Of a DNA stretch of 64,000 nt, positions 1 through 9,529 are shown in pieces. A program made the translations under genes and the position numbers. The notes beneath the pieces were generated by a model, which worked only from the letters and a program-made list of their open reading frames with translations, did not search any database and was not told where the DNA came from. Location of the stretch: the IMG/VR virus record IMGVR_UViG_3300010352_001202; one strand, 5' to 3'. Source of the DNA: a virus. Its lineage: Duplodnaviria; Caudoviricetes. Each line of letters begins with the position of its first letter. The first letter of the stretch is position 1.

Positions 1-1
1 A

Positions 2-289
2 ATTGTAGCTAGAGCTAAGGCACTGATTGCGTTAGCAGATCAGCTGGAAGATGATGCAGACAGTAAACGAGAAGAAGCCTATGCACTAGCACCTGAACTA
101 AAGCCTAGCAGAGGTAGACCTCCTACACCTGAAGAGCTTGTTGAGCAGAAGATGGAAGAGCGTAAGGCCAAGCGTCGTGAACGCGATCAGCGCAAGGCAG
201 CAGAAGCTAAAGTTGAAAAGAAAGAGGCAGCATTAGATGCCAAAGTAGCAGCAAAGATGAAAAGAGATGCTGCCAGGGCCAGTCAGTGA
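2..289 (+). CDS. 3' end of hypothetical K/E/A-rich protein (partial)
   Basis: Open frame from position 2 to TGA 287-289; GRP motif and coiled-coil-like tail. Confidence 0.7.
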   Translation: MVARAKALIALADQLEDDADSKREEAYALAPELKPSRGRPPTPEELVEQKMEERKAKRRERDQRKAAEAKVEKKEAALDAKVAAKMKRDAARASQ

Positions 290-327
290 ATCCCGTAATA
301 TGGCAGGTTTATAGCTTGCCATATTCT

Positions 328-335
328 TATAAATA
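328..335 (+). promoter_or_regulatory. T4-type late promoter (TATAAATA)
   Basis: Exact TATAAATA upstream of ORF 350; TAAATA core recurs before many genes. Confidence 0.6.
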
Positions 336-349
336 ATAGGAGTCGGGAG

Positions 350-694
350 ATGCGCAGAATGGCAAAGAAAACAACAACAAGCTTCAATATAGATAAAGCT
401 ATTAGTCGAATTGCGAAACCATCAGTCTTTGATCGTATCGTTAAGGAAATTGAAGCTAAGGAAATACCAGCTAAGTATATTGAACAAATCCTTGTTCAGT
501 ATTATGATGGTAATATTGTTGAACTAAGCGGTAATGAATTAACACATCCTATCCCAGTAAACAGAAATGCAAGCTGGGCAGTAATGGAAGATTCATTTAA
601 GAAAATGAGAGATGTTAAAATCTTTATCAACACTGATAGACTTGAAAAGGATATTAACGAAGAAGTTGAAAAACTACTCGGTAATTATTGCTAA
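350..694 (+). CDS. hypothetical protein
   Basis: ORF with SD (GGAG) and late promoter. Confidence 0.75.
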   Translation: MRRMAKKTTTSFNIDKAISRIAKPSVFDRIVKEIEAKEIPAKYIEQILVQYYDGNIVELSGNELTHPIPVNRNASWAVMEDSFKKMRDVKIFINTDRLEKDINEEVEKLLGNYC

Positions 695-1749
695 GAATTA
701 AATTTCTTTTCTAGCCAACTAAAATCATTAATCAACCCGAGCATATCGGGTTGATCCTTATGTGCAACGCCAAAGGCGCGCCCTTCGTTCGCACCCATAA
801 CAGCAAAATCCCCAAACTCCCTGTCTTCACCTAGTGTACACCAAGCGTGCAATCTTTGTTCGGTTTCGGTATTATCTTGGTTGTGGATTAGCTTGGAAGA
901 TAACTTCACGCATTCCCTAAACGCACTTCTCCAAGCCGAGAACGGATCTGTATTGAATTGGGTAATATTACTTACTTCGGGAATAACCTTAAAGCTCTTG
1001 GATACTGATGTAGTGAAATCAACTGGAGAACCTGTATATTTTAGTAAAAGATCGGTAGGGAATAGCTTTATACCACCGTACCCATATTCTAAGTCATTTA
1101 CAGGATTTTTAGAATGCCACACATGTACAGACAGCCTATCAAGCGACTCGGGCTGATAAGTAAAATCAAAGGTAGGCAGGATTACCGCGTCAGCATCAAC
1201 AACGAAAAACATATCTGATTTGTTGTATGATGCATATTCGGCTGCGGCCTTGTGTGCTTCATAAATGCCTTTGATATTGTGCAGCCGTTTTGCTCTAGGG
1301 AATCTATCTTGCAGTGTTTGAAAGTTTCTGTCAGCATACTCTTCATCGTAGCTAAGGAATATAATATCGAAGAGCGGATACTCAAATGCTGCAACAGGAA
1401 TACTCTTCAATCTCACTGTGCCTGCGGCAAGTTCCTTATCGGAATATCTGCCGGGATCGGACAACACATTCTCTGTATTGAATAGTCGCAATGCAATATC
1501 GTTATTCCAGATATGCACATAATCCTTGTCTTTGCTTTCTGGTCTAAAAGAAAAATCAAACTCGGTAAATATTATTTCTTTATATGTCTTGATAACATAA
1601 AAGTATTCACCTACACAGCTTTTAGCTATATCCAATAATACGGTATCTGTGAGTTCTTCTGCTTCTACTACTTCCGCAGAAGTATTGTTACAAATACGAT
1701 TTACTACATATTCGTTGTATTGATTCTTTAGGATATATACCTTTGCCAT
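691..1749 (-). CDS. putative GT-A fold glycosyltransferase
   Basis: FDIIFLSYDE...AHKAAA...FFVVDADA (DxD) pattern; TAAATA upstream on minus strand. Confidence 0.6.
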   Translation of the reverse strand: MAKVYILKNQYNEYVVNRICNNTSAEVVEAEELTDTVLLDIAKSCVGEYFYVIKTYKEIIFTEFDFSFRPESKDKDYVHIWNNDIALRLFNTENVLSDPGRYSDKELAAGTVRLKSIPVAAFEYPLFDIIFLSYDEEYADRNFQTLQDRFPRAKRLHNIKGIYEAHKAAAEYASYNKSDMFFVVDADAVILPTFDFTYQPESLDRLSVHVWHSKNPVNDLEYGYGGIKLFPTDLLLKYTGSPVDFTTSVSKSFKVIPEVSNITQFNTDPFSAWRSAFRECVKLSSKLIHNQDNTETEQRLHAWCTLGEDREFGDFAVMGANEGRAFGVAHKDQPDMLGLINDFSWLEKKFNS

Positions 1750-1840
1750 ACTGTTCCCATTATGTGCTACTATTTAGCATCCAGTGATTGACCACATCTG
1801 TTATTATATTGTAAACTCGCTACAAAGCCAAGGGGCGAAA

Positions 1841-2113
1841 ATGAAAGAATATGTTCTAGTTGAGTTCTTAGCCTCATTTGGAGAAGGCGGAATATTGCAG
1901 GCAAAGCTAGGCGCGCTCGGCGACGACTTTGTAATGATCAAAGACGATTATGAATATGATGTTGAGGACGATAGCGGGCTAAACTGGATTCGTGTATCAG
2001 GTAAGATTAGCTCCATGTATGCATCGGTCATTAAGTTACAAGATCCGTTCCTGGCCGAGCGTATGCGTATATCCTACATTCCAGAAGACCTAAAAGATAA
2101 GTATCGAACATGA
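1841..2113 (+). CDS. hypothetical protein (small xxLKL paralog family)
   Basis: ATG 1841; ASVIKLQDP motif. Confidence 0.65.
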   Translation: MKEYVLVEFLASFGEGGILQAKLGALGDDFVMIKDDYEYDVEDDSGLNWIRVSGKISSMYASVIKLQDPFLAERMRISYIPEDLKDKYRT

Positions 2114-2418
2114 AGTTCTATGTACCGCACAGTGTCATTGATCATCTTGAAGAACAAGAATGCACTTGGCTGAATCCCGCTGATTTTAGCTTCCACAAAA
2201 GATGTATCAGAATGAATGACTGGGCAAGCGGTTGGATATTTGAAGCAGACGATAGCTTCAATTCTTTCTTTACTATTATCACAGGTAAGCAACTACCTAC
2301 AATCACCGACGAAGAATATCAGCAATTTGTCATGGATAGAGTTGCCTTTCTTAGCAAGAAACGAGCCGAGGAGTTTCGCACTGCCTGGGTAGCGTTTCTT
2401 CCTAAGAGATCACCTTAA
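2110..2418 (+). CDS. hypothetical protein
   Basis: ATGA overlap with upstream gene. Confidence 0.65.
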   Translation: MKFYVPHSVIDHLEEQECTWLNPADFSFHKRCIRMNDWASGWIFEADDSFNSFFTIITGKQLPTITDEEYQQFVMDRVAFLSKKRAEEFRTAWVAFLPKRSP

Positions 2419-2432
2419 ATTAAGATAAATAG

Positions 2433-2819
2433 TTGATGACAACTATAGCGAACATCGAAGCATTACCATCAAGTCCATTTCAAGGTTCCGGCCTAGTAGG
2501 GATTGTTATCACAAACGGTGTTCCCTGCTATTTCCGTCTAACAGGAACAGATCTAAACCGTATAGTATCAATAAACTGGTATCCTAAGAATCCAGCAAGC
2601 CTGGTGTTTCAGATGCGCCAGCTTATCCTTGTTGATAACTCCGAAGGCACATTCATGGTTCAGGTAATGGATAATTACCTAGATACAAATGACCGCGGAG
2701 GAAGACTAAGCTTTCGCTTAGACGACGGAACAACACTGTCCGCACCAGTAAAAACTTACGGGAGAGTATCGGTTGGCCCTATGTGGCAAGCACCCGATCA
2801 AGGCCTAATTACAGGATAA
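2433..2819 (+). CDS. hypothetical beta-rich late protein
   Basis: GATAAATA immediately upstream; probable start ATG 2436. Confidence 0.6.
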   Translation: MMTTIANIEALPSSPFQGSGLVGIVITNGVPCYFRLTGTDLNRIVSINWYPKNPASLVFQMRQLILVDNSEGTFMVQVMDNYLDTNDRGGRLSFRLDDGTTLSAPVKTYGRVSVGPMWQAPDQGLITG

Positions 2820-2829
2820 GAAATGAAAG

Positions 2830-3138
2830 GTGAAAGAGGTTAGTGTAATATTGAGGAATCAATGGCTAATCACTATCGACGAATTTAGGGTTCTCGATAA
2901 TTACGCTTATTCAGGAAAAATTTGGACATTAATACATCGTCCAGGCTATACGAACAGCACCTTGATAACTGAAAGGACTGTTGAGTATATATTTGATCCA
3001 GAAGCACTTACTTTCTTTGGAATAGTTTCTTCCAATGTGTTGGCAACATGGGATACAAATTGCACAAGGAATCTCAAATCACATGAAGAATTCTGCATCA
3101 AAGATTCCCTGTTCATACGACCGTACTCTAAACATTGA
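2830..3138 (+). CDS. hypothetical protein
   Basis: ORF in gene run. Confidence 0.55.
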   Translation: MKEVSVILRNQWLITIDEFRVLDNYAYSGKIWTLIHRPGYTNSTLITERTVEYIFDPEALTFFGIVSSNVLATWDTNCTRNLKSHEEFCIKDSLFIRPYSKH

Positions 3139-3170
3139 CTTTGGTCAATATATTTGCTAAACTTATAATA

Positions 3171-3932
3171 ATGAAGTCTCTTCTGATAGCACTGAGTTTA
3201 GCAGTTTCGTTTCTGGCATTTGCTGGCCGAGGCCATAAACCTGTGGTACCCGAATTTAGCGCGAAGAGTTATCTTGTTGCTAACGAGGACGGTACGGTGC
3301 TAAGGGAACAGGCCGGTAATATAGTTCGTCCTATTGCATCCATTAGTAAGCTAATGATAGGATTACTTGCTTCAGAGCAGGACCTAACTGAACAACTTCC
3401 AATTCCAAAAACACGAACAGTCCACAGCAGCATCCCTTACAAGATATCAACTCTTTCTAGGCACAATCTCCTAGAGCTTGCATTAATCCGGTCTGATAAT
3501 TTTGCTGCACAGATATTATGTGCCAATCTTCCAAATTGCGTTGAGCATATGAACAGCAAGGCAAAAGAGCTGGGTATGAATAATACATCCTTTGCTGAAC
3601 CAACTGGCCTAGATAGCCGCAATGTAAGTACAGCACAGGATTTATTGCAACTCATGTTGGTAGCATCTGCTAATAGCGTCATCTCCAGTATATCGAGTAA
3701 ACCTAAAGCCGATATAGCTACACCTAAGAATACAGTCCATATCAACAATACAAACCCGCTAACTGCTAAACTTGACATTCTATTATCAAAAACTGGATTT
3801 ACTAACCCGGCAGGTGGCTGCTTGGTAATGATACTAAATTCACCTGTCGGTAAAAGAATCCTTATCTTGCTCGGAAGTACGAATGCTCATACACGCATTC
3901 CCGACATGGAAAGGTTAGTCAAGGAACTGTGA
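3171..3932 (+). CDS. D-alanyl-D-alanine endo/carboxypeptidase (peptidase S11, PBP7-like)
   Basis: Signal peptide; SxxK (ASISK), SxN (SDN), EPTGL and KTG motifs. Confidence 0.9.
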   Translation: MKSLLIALSLAVSFLAFAGRGHKPVVPEFSAKSYLVANEDGTVLREQAGNIVRPIASISKLMIGLLASEQDLTEQLPIPKTRTVHSSIPYKISTLSRHNLLELALIRSDNFAAQILCANLPNCVEHMNSKAKELGMNNTSFAEPTGLDSRNVSTAQDLLQLMLVASANSVISSISSKPKADIATPKNTVHINNTNPLTAKLDILLSKTGFTNPAGGCLVMILNSPVGKRILILLGSTNAHTRIPDMERLVKEL

Positions 3933-4105
3933 TTCAGCTCAATGTAATATTGCCGTCCGATACAGAACTCGACGAAGATAGAGAGTTGGATGTTATCAAT
4001 CACAGCAGGCACCAAGACTTCAACTACTACCTAGTAGAAACAACAGAAGAATATTTCACAATACTTACACTAAAATACGGAAAGGATAGCGTATGGCGTC
4101 GATAG
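3929..4105 (+). CDS. small hypothetical protein (xxLKL family), not in ORF track
   Basis: GTG 3929 to TAG 4105; EEYFTILTLKYG. Confidence 0.6.
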   Translation: MIQLNVILPSDTELDEDRELDVINHSRHQDFNYYLVETTEEYFTILTLKYGKDSVWRR

Positions 4106-4539
4106 AACAAGATTTCAAATTTGCCCCATTATCTGCTGCTTATGGACAGTTTCTTGTCGAAGTACATTCAATGGACTCGCATGCGCTATTGGTTAATGTT
4201 ACACATCACTATGGACTGACGGTTGTCGGTAGTGTAGTTATCTCTGTTACCACGACAGAAGATATTGCAATGTTGCTAAAACTTAGGTTCGGTACGGAAT
4301 TAGTTAAAAGGCCGGAGCCTAAGCCAGAGCCAGAACTTAAAATGAAGATTCTGAAGAATAGGAATTATGGAAGTTCCTCAAACAATAAAAAATATTACTA
4401 CGATTACGAAAGTAGCTTCGATTCTTCATACATGAAACTGATAAAGGATGATTTGCTCAACAGACTTATAACTACCGACAGTTTAAAAGAAGAACTTAAA
4501 TATTTAGACGAGTGGAAAGACCTCGACAAGTACGAGTAA
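4093..4539 (+). CDS. hypothetical protein (xxLKL family)
   Basis: EDIAMLLKLRFG. Confidence 0.65.
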   Translation: MASIEQDFKFAPLSAAYGQFLVEVHSMDSHALLVNVTHHYGLTVVGSVVISVTTTEDIAMLLKLRFGTELVKRPEPKPEPELKMKILKNRNYGSSSNNKKYYYDYESSFDSSYMKLIKDDLLNRLITTDSLKEELKYLDEWKDLDKYE

Positions 4540-4577
4540 CCGGTTACTATATTCGCTGACCTGCAATATACTAAGAC

Positions 4578-4802
4578 ATGATCACCCTAATCTATCATAT
4601 CAAGCCGGAAGATAAAGATGCCGAGCTCGAGTGGCTCAAGGAGCAGAAGATATTTCCGTCTACGGAAGTAGCATATAGATTCGACGATAAGGGTGAGCTT
4701 GTCAAACAACTAATGGTTGGCGCTATTGTATCGCCGGCGGCAGCACTTACCATCAAGCTTCGACACAATCTCGACATGCAGAAGGATTATAAGCAAAAAT
4801 GA
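4578..4802 (+). CDS. hypothetical protein (xxLKL family)
   Basis: AAALTIKLRH; leaderless start. Confidence 0.7.
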   Translation: MITLIYHIKPEDKDAELEWLKEQKIFPSTEVAYRFDDKGELVKQLMVGAIVSPAAALTIKLRHNLDMQKDYKQK

Positions 4803-5029
4803 AGCTTATGTCCTACAATGTGATTTACGGTCTAACCGAAAAGGCCAAAGAATGGCTGACTAACGAAGTCGGGGTTACAGTATTCAAGGTAGTGCCCGAT
4901 CACCGTGGTATGAAAGATGCAGCAGGAGAACCGTTAGAAAACATTATCATCTTCCGTGTCGACGAAGAGCATGCTACCGCTATTCGTTTAAAGTATCCTA
5001 GGTATGTCTTTAAGGACCTTTCGGCATGA
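4799..5029 (+). CDS. hypothetical protein (xxLKL family)
   Basis: EEHATAIRLKYP; ATGA coupling. Confidence 0.7.
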   Translation: MKLMSYNVIYGLTEKAKEWLTNEVGVTVFKVVPDHRGMKDAAGEPLENIIIFRVDEEHATAIRLKYPRYVFKDLSA

Positions 5030-5247
5030 AGAAACACCGATTTGCAATAGGTGTACTCGGTGCAGAAGCTATGTGGGACTTCGCTATGGTACATGAAATG
5101 AATATTCATAGCCTACCGCCCGAAGTTCCGAATATAAGCGATCCCGGCGAGAAGCATCGGAAAACGCTTTATGTCTATGAAGCTATAGCAACTGACGAAA
5201 CTTTCCTTGTGTTTAAGTTAACAGTGGATGGAGTAATAGCACGATGA
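5026..5247 (+). CDS. hypothetical protein (xxLKL family)
   Basis: DETFLVFKLTV; ATGA coupling. Confidence 0.7.
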   Translation: MKKHRFAIGVLGAEAMWDFAMVHEMNIHSLPPEVPNISDPGEKHRKTLYVYEAIATDETFLVFKLTVDGVIAR

Positions 5248-5450
5248 GAGCTATTGTACACATGCTGGTAACAAAAGACACCGAATCACTGCTAATAGAA
5301 AAAATCCTAGAACTAGGATATACACCGCAGCATGTTTGGCGTGGAGAGCATTATCAAGTATACATGGCAGAGATGCCAAGGGAAGAATTTCTGATACTGA
5401 AGCTGTCTATACCGTTTATTGAAGTAGACGAAATCATAAATCCATTATGA
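5244..5450 (+). CDS. hypothetical protein (xxLKL family)
   Basis: EEFLILKLSIP; ATGA coupling. Confidence 0.7.
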   Translation: MRAIVHMLVTKDTESLLIEKILELGYTPQHVWRGEHYQVYMAEMPREEFLILKLSIPFIEVDEIINPL

Positions 5451-5692
5451 AGCAAAAATACTATGTAAGGGTGTCGCAATCGGATGCCAGGTCATTAGAA
5501 AGGTATATGGAGCTAAACGGATATGCCTTTAGACACCTGTCAAATGACTTTGGACCTGGGCCCGGTACAAGCCTATATTCTGTGAAAATGGATTCAGTTG
5601 ACGAGCTGTCTCTAAAGCTATCATTCCCTGTTACAGGTTGTATGAACTTCACCAAGACACTTGACCGCTTTGCAGCGCCTGTGCTAAAATAG
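5447..5692 (+). CDS. hypothetical protein (xxLKL family)
   Basis: DELSLKLSFP; ATGA coupling. Confidence 0.7.
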   Translation: MKQKYYVRVSQSDARSLERYMELNGYAFRHLSNDFGPGPGTSLYSVKMDSVDELSLKLSFPVTGCMNFTKTLDRFAAPVLK

Positions 5693-5712
5693 TAAAACAA
5701 ATAGGAACCAAC

Positions 5713-6060
5713 ATGACCATCGACTGGACCGAATACACATTTACTTTCGAGCCGAAGGAAGAAGCCAATTTCCGTCGTATCCTGGATCGGCTCGAGCCCG
5801 AAGAATACAACATCATCGAAGATGTTCGCCCTGTGGATCACAAGGAAGGTACTGATCTCCGTTATGTCGATCGCCAAATGGTAATCGAGATGGATCCGGA
5901 AGCTGCACTTACCTTTCGCCTGGGCATGAAACATCTGAAGATCCGCCGCAAGCGCACGGAAGAAGAACTTGCAGAAGAGAAAGAAATCAATGATCGTCAT
6001 ACCATCAAGGTTACCGTGAAAGTTGATGGTATGCTTCCGCCGACCGGAACTACTCCGTGA
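5713..6060 (+). CDS. hypothetical protein (xxLKL family)
   Basis: SD AGGA; EAALTFRLGM. Confidence 0.75.
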   Translation: MTIDWTEYTFTFEPKEEANFRRILDRLEPEEYNIIEDVRPVDHKEGTDLRYVDRQMVIEMDPEAALTFRLGMKHLKIRRKRTEEELAEEKEINDRHTIKVTVKVDGMLPPTGTTP

Positions 6061-6299
6061 AGTTCAGAATACTGACTGCCGACGAAAGGGCAGATATTAG
6101 GAGAGAAAAATTATCCTGCTGGCATAAGTGGTTTGCATGGCGCCCTATTAGACTTACTTCCGACGAGCACGAAGTCAGGTGGCTTGAAGTGGTGTACCGT
6201 AAAGGGCGCCTACGTGGAAGCGAGGAAGGCGATTTCTGGAAATGGAAGTACGCCGATAGCTCCCTGGATATCCTGAAGTTACACGTGGGCGACGAATGA
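6057..6299 (+). CDS. hypothetical Trp-rich protein
   Basis: WHKWFAWRP motif; coupled to neighbours. Confidence 0.65.
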   Translation: MKFRILTADERADIRREKLSCWHKWFAWRPIRLTSDEHEVRWLEVVYRKGRLRGSEEGDFWKWKYADSSLDILKLHVGDE

Positions 6300-6607
6300 A
6301 ACAATACTATACCCTGGTGCAGGCGTTCTCGCCTGAGAATGACAAGCACCTTGAGGACTTTCTTCGCGAACAGGGTATAGATTTCGATCTCGGTGCCGAT
6401 ATTGCCAGCGAACTCAAGGAGTTCGGATATAAAGAACTTAGTGGAGCACACCCGATGGCTCTGCTAAAGAAATACACAGTGCTTATCGAAGAGCATGAGC
6501 TGTCAGCGATAATGTTATCAGTGGGCGGAGTTACAGTTATAAGAAACCGTCCTGCTGTAAATGCAAAAAATAAAGTAAGAGGAATGTTCAAGTGGATCTT
6601 GAACTAG
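6296..6607 (+). CDS. hypothetical protein (xxLKL family)
   Basis: EHELSAIMLSV. Confidence 0.65.
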   Translation: MKQYYTLVQAFSPENDKHLEDFLREQGIDFDLGADIASELKEFGYKELSGAHPMALLKKYTVLIEEHELSAIMLSVGGVTVIRNRPAVNAKNKVRGMFKWILN

Positions 6608-6897
6608 GTGTTTATTACAACATTATCGAACCATACACCGAAGAATATAGGGATGTTGGTTCATACCTCTATAACCACGGAATAAGATACTCTCTTAGAA
6701 TATCTACAGAACGGGACGGCATCCCGGATGCTAACTGGATGGTCACAATGAAACCGCAGACCGTTGTGATCTATACAGCCAGGATGACAGAGGAAGATAT
6801 GGTGGTGCTAAAACTAATATTTCCTCACATTGTCATAAAGAAGCCCGTAATGAAAGAATCAATCCATGTAATGGTAAAAAGAATCTTACCGTCTTGA
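6592..6897 (+). CDS. hypothetical protein (xxLKL family)
   Basis: EEDMVVLKLIFP. Confidence 0.65.
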   Translation: MDLELGVYYNIIEPYTEEYRDVGSYLYNHGIRYSLRISTERDGIPDANWMVTMKPQTVVIYTARMTEEDMVVLKLIFPHIVIKKPVMKESIHVMVKRILPS

Positions 6898-7157
6898 AAC
6901 ATTACATGATTATAGAAAGATACCCCGATGACAATTCGGGTATCGAAACAATGCTAAAGGAAGGTGCAGTCCATGTCGGGACAATCATCTTTGATACGCA
7001 TTCTTCCATGACAAAAGCAATGTATAGAAAATATATCCTATCGTTAAGTGACGCTGATTTATTGGTATTCAAATTGCGGTACAACGGTATGGTTTCAGTT
7101 GAGCCACTTAGCTGTGACGAATATCATCATTATAATAATCTCGGTTATATCAAGTAA
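6894..7157 (+). CDS. hypothetical protein (xxLKL family)
   Basis: DADLLVFKLRYNG. Confidence 0.65.
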   Translation: MKHYMIIERYPDDNSGIETMLKEGAVHVGTIIFDTHSSMTKAMYRKYILSLSDADLLVFKLRYNGMVSVEPLSCDEYHHYNNLGYIK

Positions 7158-7171
7158 TCGATAAATAGAAG

Positions 7172-7624
7172 ATGAAACACATTATCCTAATGCTCGTTGT
7201 ATTGATGTGTTTTGTCGCCAGTGCCTCACCCGTAACCGACCAAGAACCCAATTGGCAACCTATTTACGGTTATAAGAACTCCTATAATAAAGTATACATA
7301 GATACAAATAGTCTTGAACGCACTCAAGACAGGGACGGAGATTACGGCATTGGAATACTACTTATAGTTCCTAATCAGCCAGAAGTTGCGAAACGAAAAG
7401 GTAAGCCTGATGTAACCATACGGAGTATGGTAAGACGATTAATGGTTGAATGTTCGGCAGGTGTAGGAACTCCATTGTACGACTTATACTTCGAAGTAGA
7501 AAAGCCGACAAATACCACAACTTCGATTACAGGTAAATCATACGACGATGTAATTGAAGATAACATATTCAAGCTTCCAAGAACAAATCCAATCTATCAA
7601 ACCCTCTGTCCGATAACAGTCTGA
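7172..7624 (+). CDS. secreted protein (possibly surface-adhesin-E-like)
   Basis: Signal peptide; W..(Y)ID..S and ..EC.. pattern; GATAAATA directly upstream. Confidence 0.55.
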   Translation: MKHIILMLVVLMCFVASASPVTDQEPNWQPIYGYKNSYNKVYIDTNSLERTQDRDGDYGIGILLIVPNQPEVAKRKGKPDVTIRSMVRRLMVECSAGVGTPLYDLYFEVEKPTNTTTSITGKSYDDVIEDNIFKLPRTNPIYQTLCPITV

Positions 7625-7660
7625 TTTTCCTTTTTACTTTTCATTCTCAGATTACTATCT

Positions 7661-7732
7661 CAGATTTGGAAATTTGAATAGCAATCCTACACAGGAATCC
7701 TGCGGGAAAATCCTGCACAGATTTCCCGCCTA
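7661..7732. repeat. 13-bp periodic element, copy 1
   Basis: CAGATTT then 13-mers at 7668, 7681, 7694, 7707, 7720 (consensus about RRAATCCTRCACA). Confidence 0.7.
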
Positions 7733-7789
7733 TAGGCCTATGCACGCATGAACTCTTGACTTTCCAAAATGTCTCAGCTAAACTATTTT

Positions 7790-8323
7790 ATGGACGAACA
7801 AAATTACGAAAACTTGGCCAAACGCCATCCTGACCTATTCCAAAAAGCAGGATTAGAATACTTCTCAATCGGTAATGGTTGGATCGGTATTGTAGATACA
7901 TTGTGTGGTTTTATTTCCTACGATGTAAACCAGGCTCGCTATAAGCTGAAGTATGCAATGGAACATCAGGGCGAAAAATATGCCATGACTATTCCCGAAG
8001 CCGAAGCTAATCTTGCAAAAGCATTGGAAGATCTTCCTACTATCCAAGATGTGAAGGAAAAGTTCGGGGGCCTGCGTTTCTATGTAAGTGGTGCAAGCGA
8101 TAAGGTCTACAACTATATCGAATTTGCCGAAGCATTGTCTCATCGCACCTGTGAAGAATGTGGTGCACCTGGAGAGCGTAGATCCGGCGGCTGGATAAAG
8201 ACGCTATGCGATACGCACCATAAGTCACGCAAAGGCATCCTCGGCGATGTGGATGATTACGATGACGACGAACCGCTTACAGCGGCGCCTACCCAACTCG
8301 CTCCCAAAATTGCCGACGAGTAA
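7790..8323 (+). CDS. conserved phage protein with C-terminal Zn finger
   Basis: VKEKFGGLRFY and CEECG...TLCDTH. Confidence 0.75.
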   Translation: MDEQNYENLAKRHPDLFQKAGLEYFSIGNGWIGIVDTLCGFISYDVNQARYKLKYAMEHQGEKYAMTIPEAEANLAKALEDLPTIQDVKEKFGGLRFYVSGASDKVYNYIEFAEALSHRTCEECGAPGERRSGGWIKTLCDTHHKSRKGILGDVDDYDDDEPLTAAPTQLAPKIADE

Positions 8324-8445
8324 AGATTTCCATCCATCCAAACCGAGAAAATCTTAGGAAACTTTTCGAAAGATTTTCATCGAAAATCAAAGAAATTTTG
8401 TTACAGTTCGTTACAGTTCTTACGAACTGTTACTTCCAGTTACAT

Positions 8446-8832
8446 TTACTGACCTAGATATTCAATGGCACTTTTCAAGATTGAAACATCATCTTGAAGG
8501 TGTCCTAATCCACGATTACAGTTATCACAGAGAAGCCCGCGGACGCGACCTGTTTCGTGACAATGGTCGACAGTAAGTCTACGCGGTGTTCCGTAGGATG
8601 AAATAGCAGTTTCGGGTTTCTTGCATATTCCACAAACATTATTGTGGCTTTCTAAAAGCTCTAGATAAGTTTCGTAATCTAATCCATAACGGGATTTCAA
8701 ATCGGCCTTTAGTGCTCGAAGTCTATTTTTCTCATCTGGTAGCTTTTTCAGCCCAAGCCTGGCTTCCTTCAGTGAATTGCTAATTTTTTCCTTGTGTTCC
8801 TGCGTTCGTGGTTGCCTTCTTTTATCTTCCAT
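8446..8832 (-). CDS. endonuclease VII-type HNH endonuclease
   Basis: YGL..E.Y, CGIC, VDHCH.TG.VRGLLC..CNRGLG. Confidence 0.9.
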   Translation of the reverse strand: MEDKRRQPRTQEHKEKISNSLKEARLGLKKLPDEKNRLRALKADLKSRYGLDYETYLELLESHNNVCGICKKPETAISSYGTPRRLTVDHCHETGRVRGLLCDNCNRGLGHLQDDVSILKSAIEYLGQ

Positions 8833-9055
8833 AAAATTCCCGATATGTAGTTATTACTTATCTTCCTCCTGTTGCTGGCCCGCAACACATTGATCTTGGC
8901 CTTGGTCGGTCTTCACCCTGTAAGATCTTTGTTGCATATAGGCGACAGCAAGGGCAATGGTCTTGGTAAAACTCTTTTTCGTTCAACCGATCGACATACT
9001 ATATAGTCAGCCTGCGTCCAGTTAACAGCTATTGCAGGCCTGCTAAAATGTAGGC

Positions 9056-9367
9056 ATGTACAAACAAGTTGGTCCCTGGGTTATCGTCGACGGATATGCT
9101 GCTGCGCGGCATCTTGTCGGCGCAGATCCCGACGATGTTCGTTCCCGTGTTGCACTCATCGAGAAGACCCCGCGTGTTCGCATCCGCCCTGCCTACCAAC
9201 GCGAGAATCGCGGCACCTATGAAGACGGTGGCGAATACATCAACTATCGTTGGGAAGAACACCTTGATTGGTGCTATGGCGACAAGGGCGACGATGCGTT
9301 TGACCAAGAATCCCGAGCATGGTGCGATGCCATGCTGAAACTGTTAGGTTACACACTGGAGAACTGA
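9056..9367 (+). CDS. hypothetical protein
   Basis: ORF directly behind sigma70-like promoter. Confidence 0.65.
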   Translation: MYKQVGPWVIVDGYAAARHLVGADPDDVRSRVALIEKTPRVRIRPAYQRENRGTYEDGGEYINYRWEEHLDWCYGDKGDDAFDQESRAWCDAMLKLLGYTLEN

Positions 9368-9529
9368 CATGCCCAATCCGCGCTATGCAAAAATCGACAA
9401 CGACGAAATCGACGAAGACACCGAAGACTGGTACGATGCCAACGGTAATCCGACACCCGGCGGCCTGTATGATGCAGGCGGCCACATGGACGGCGAACGG
9501 GCCGCGGACCGTGCCGACTATCTCCGCGA

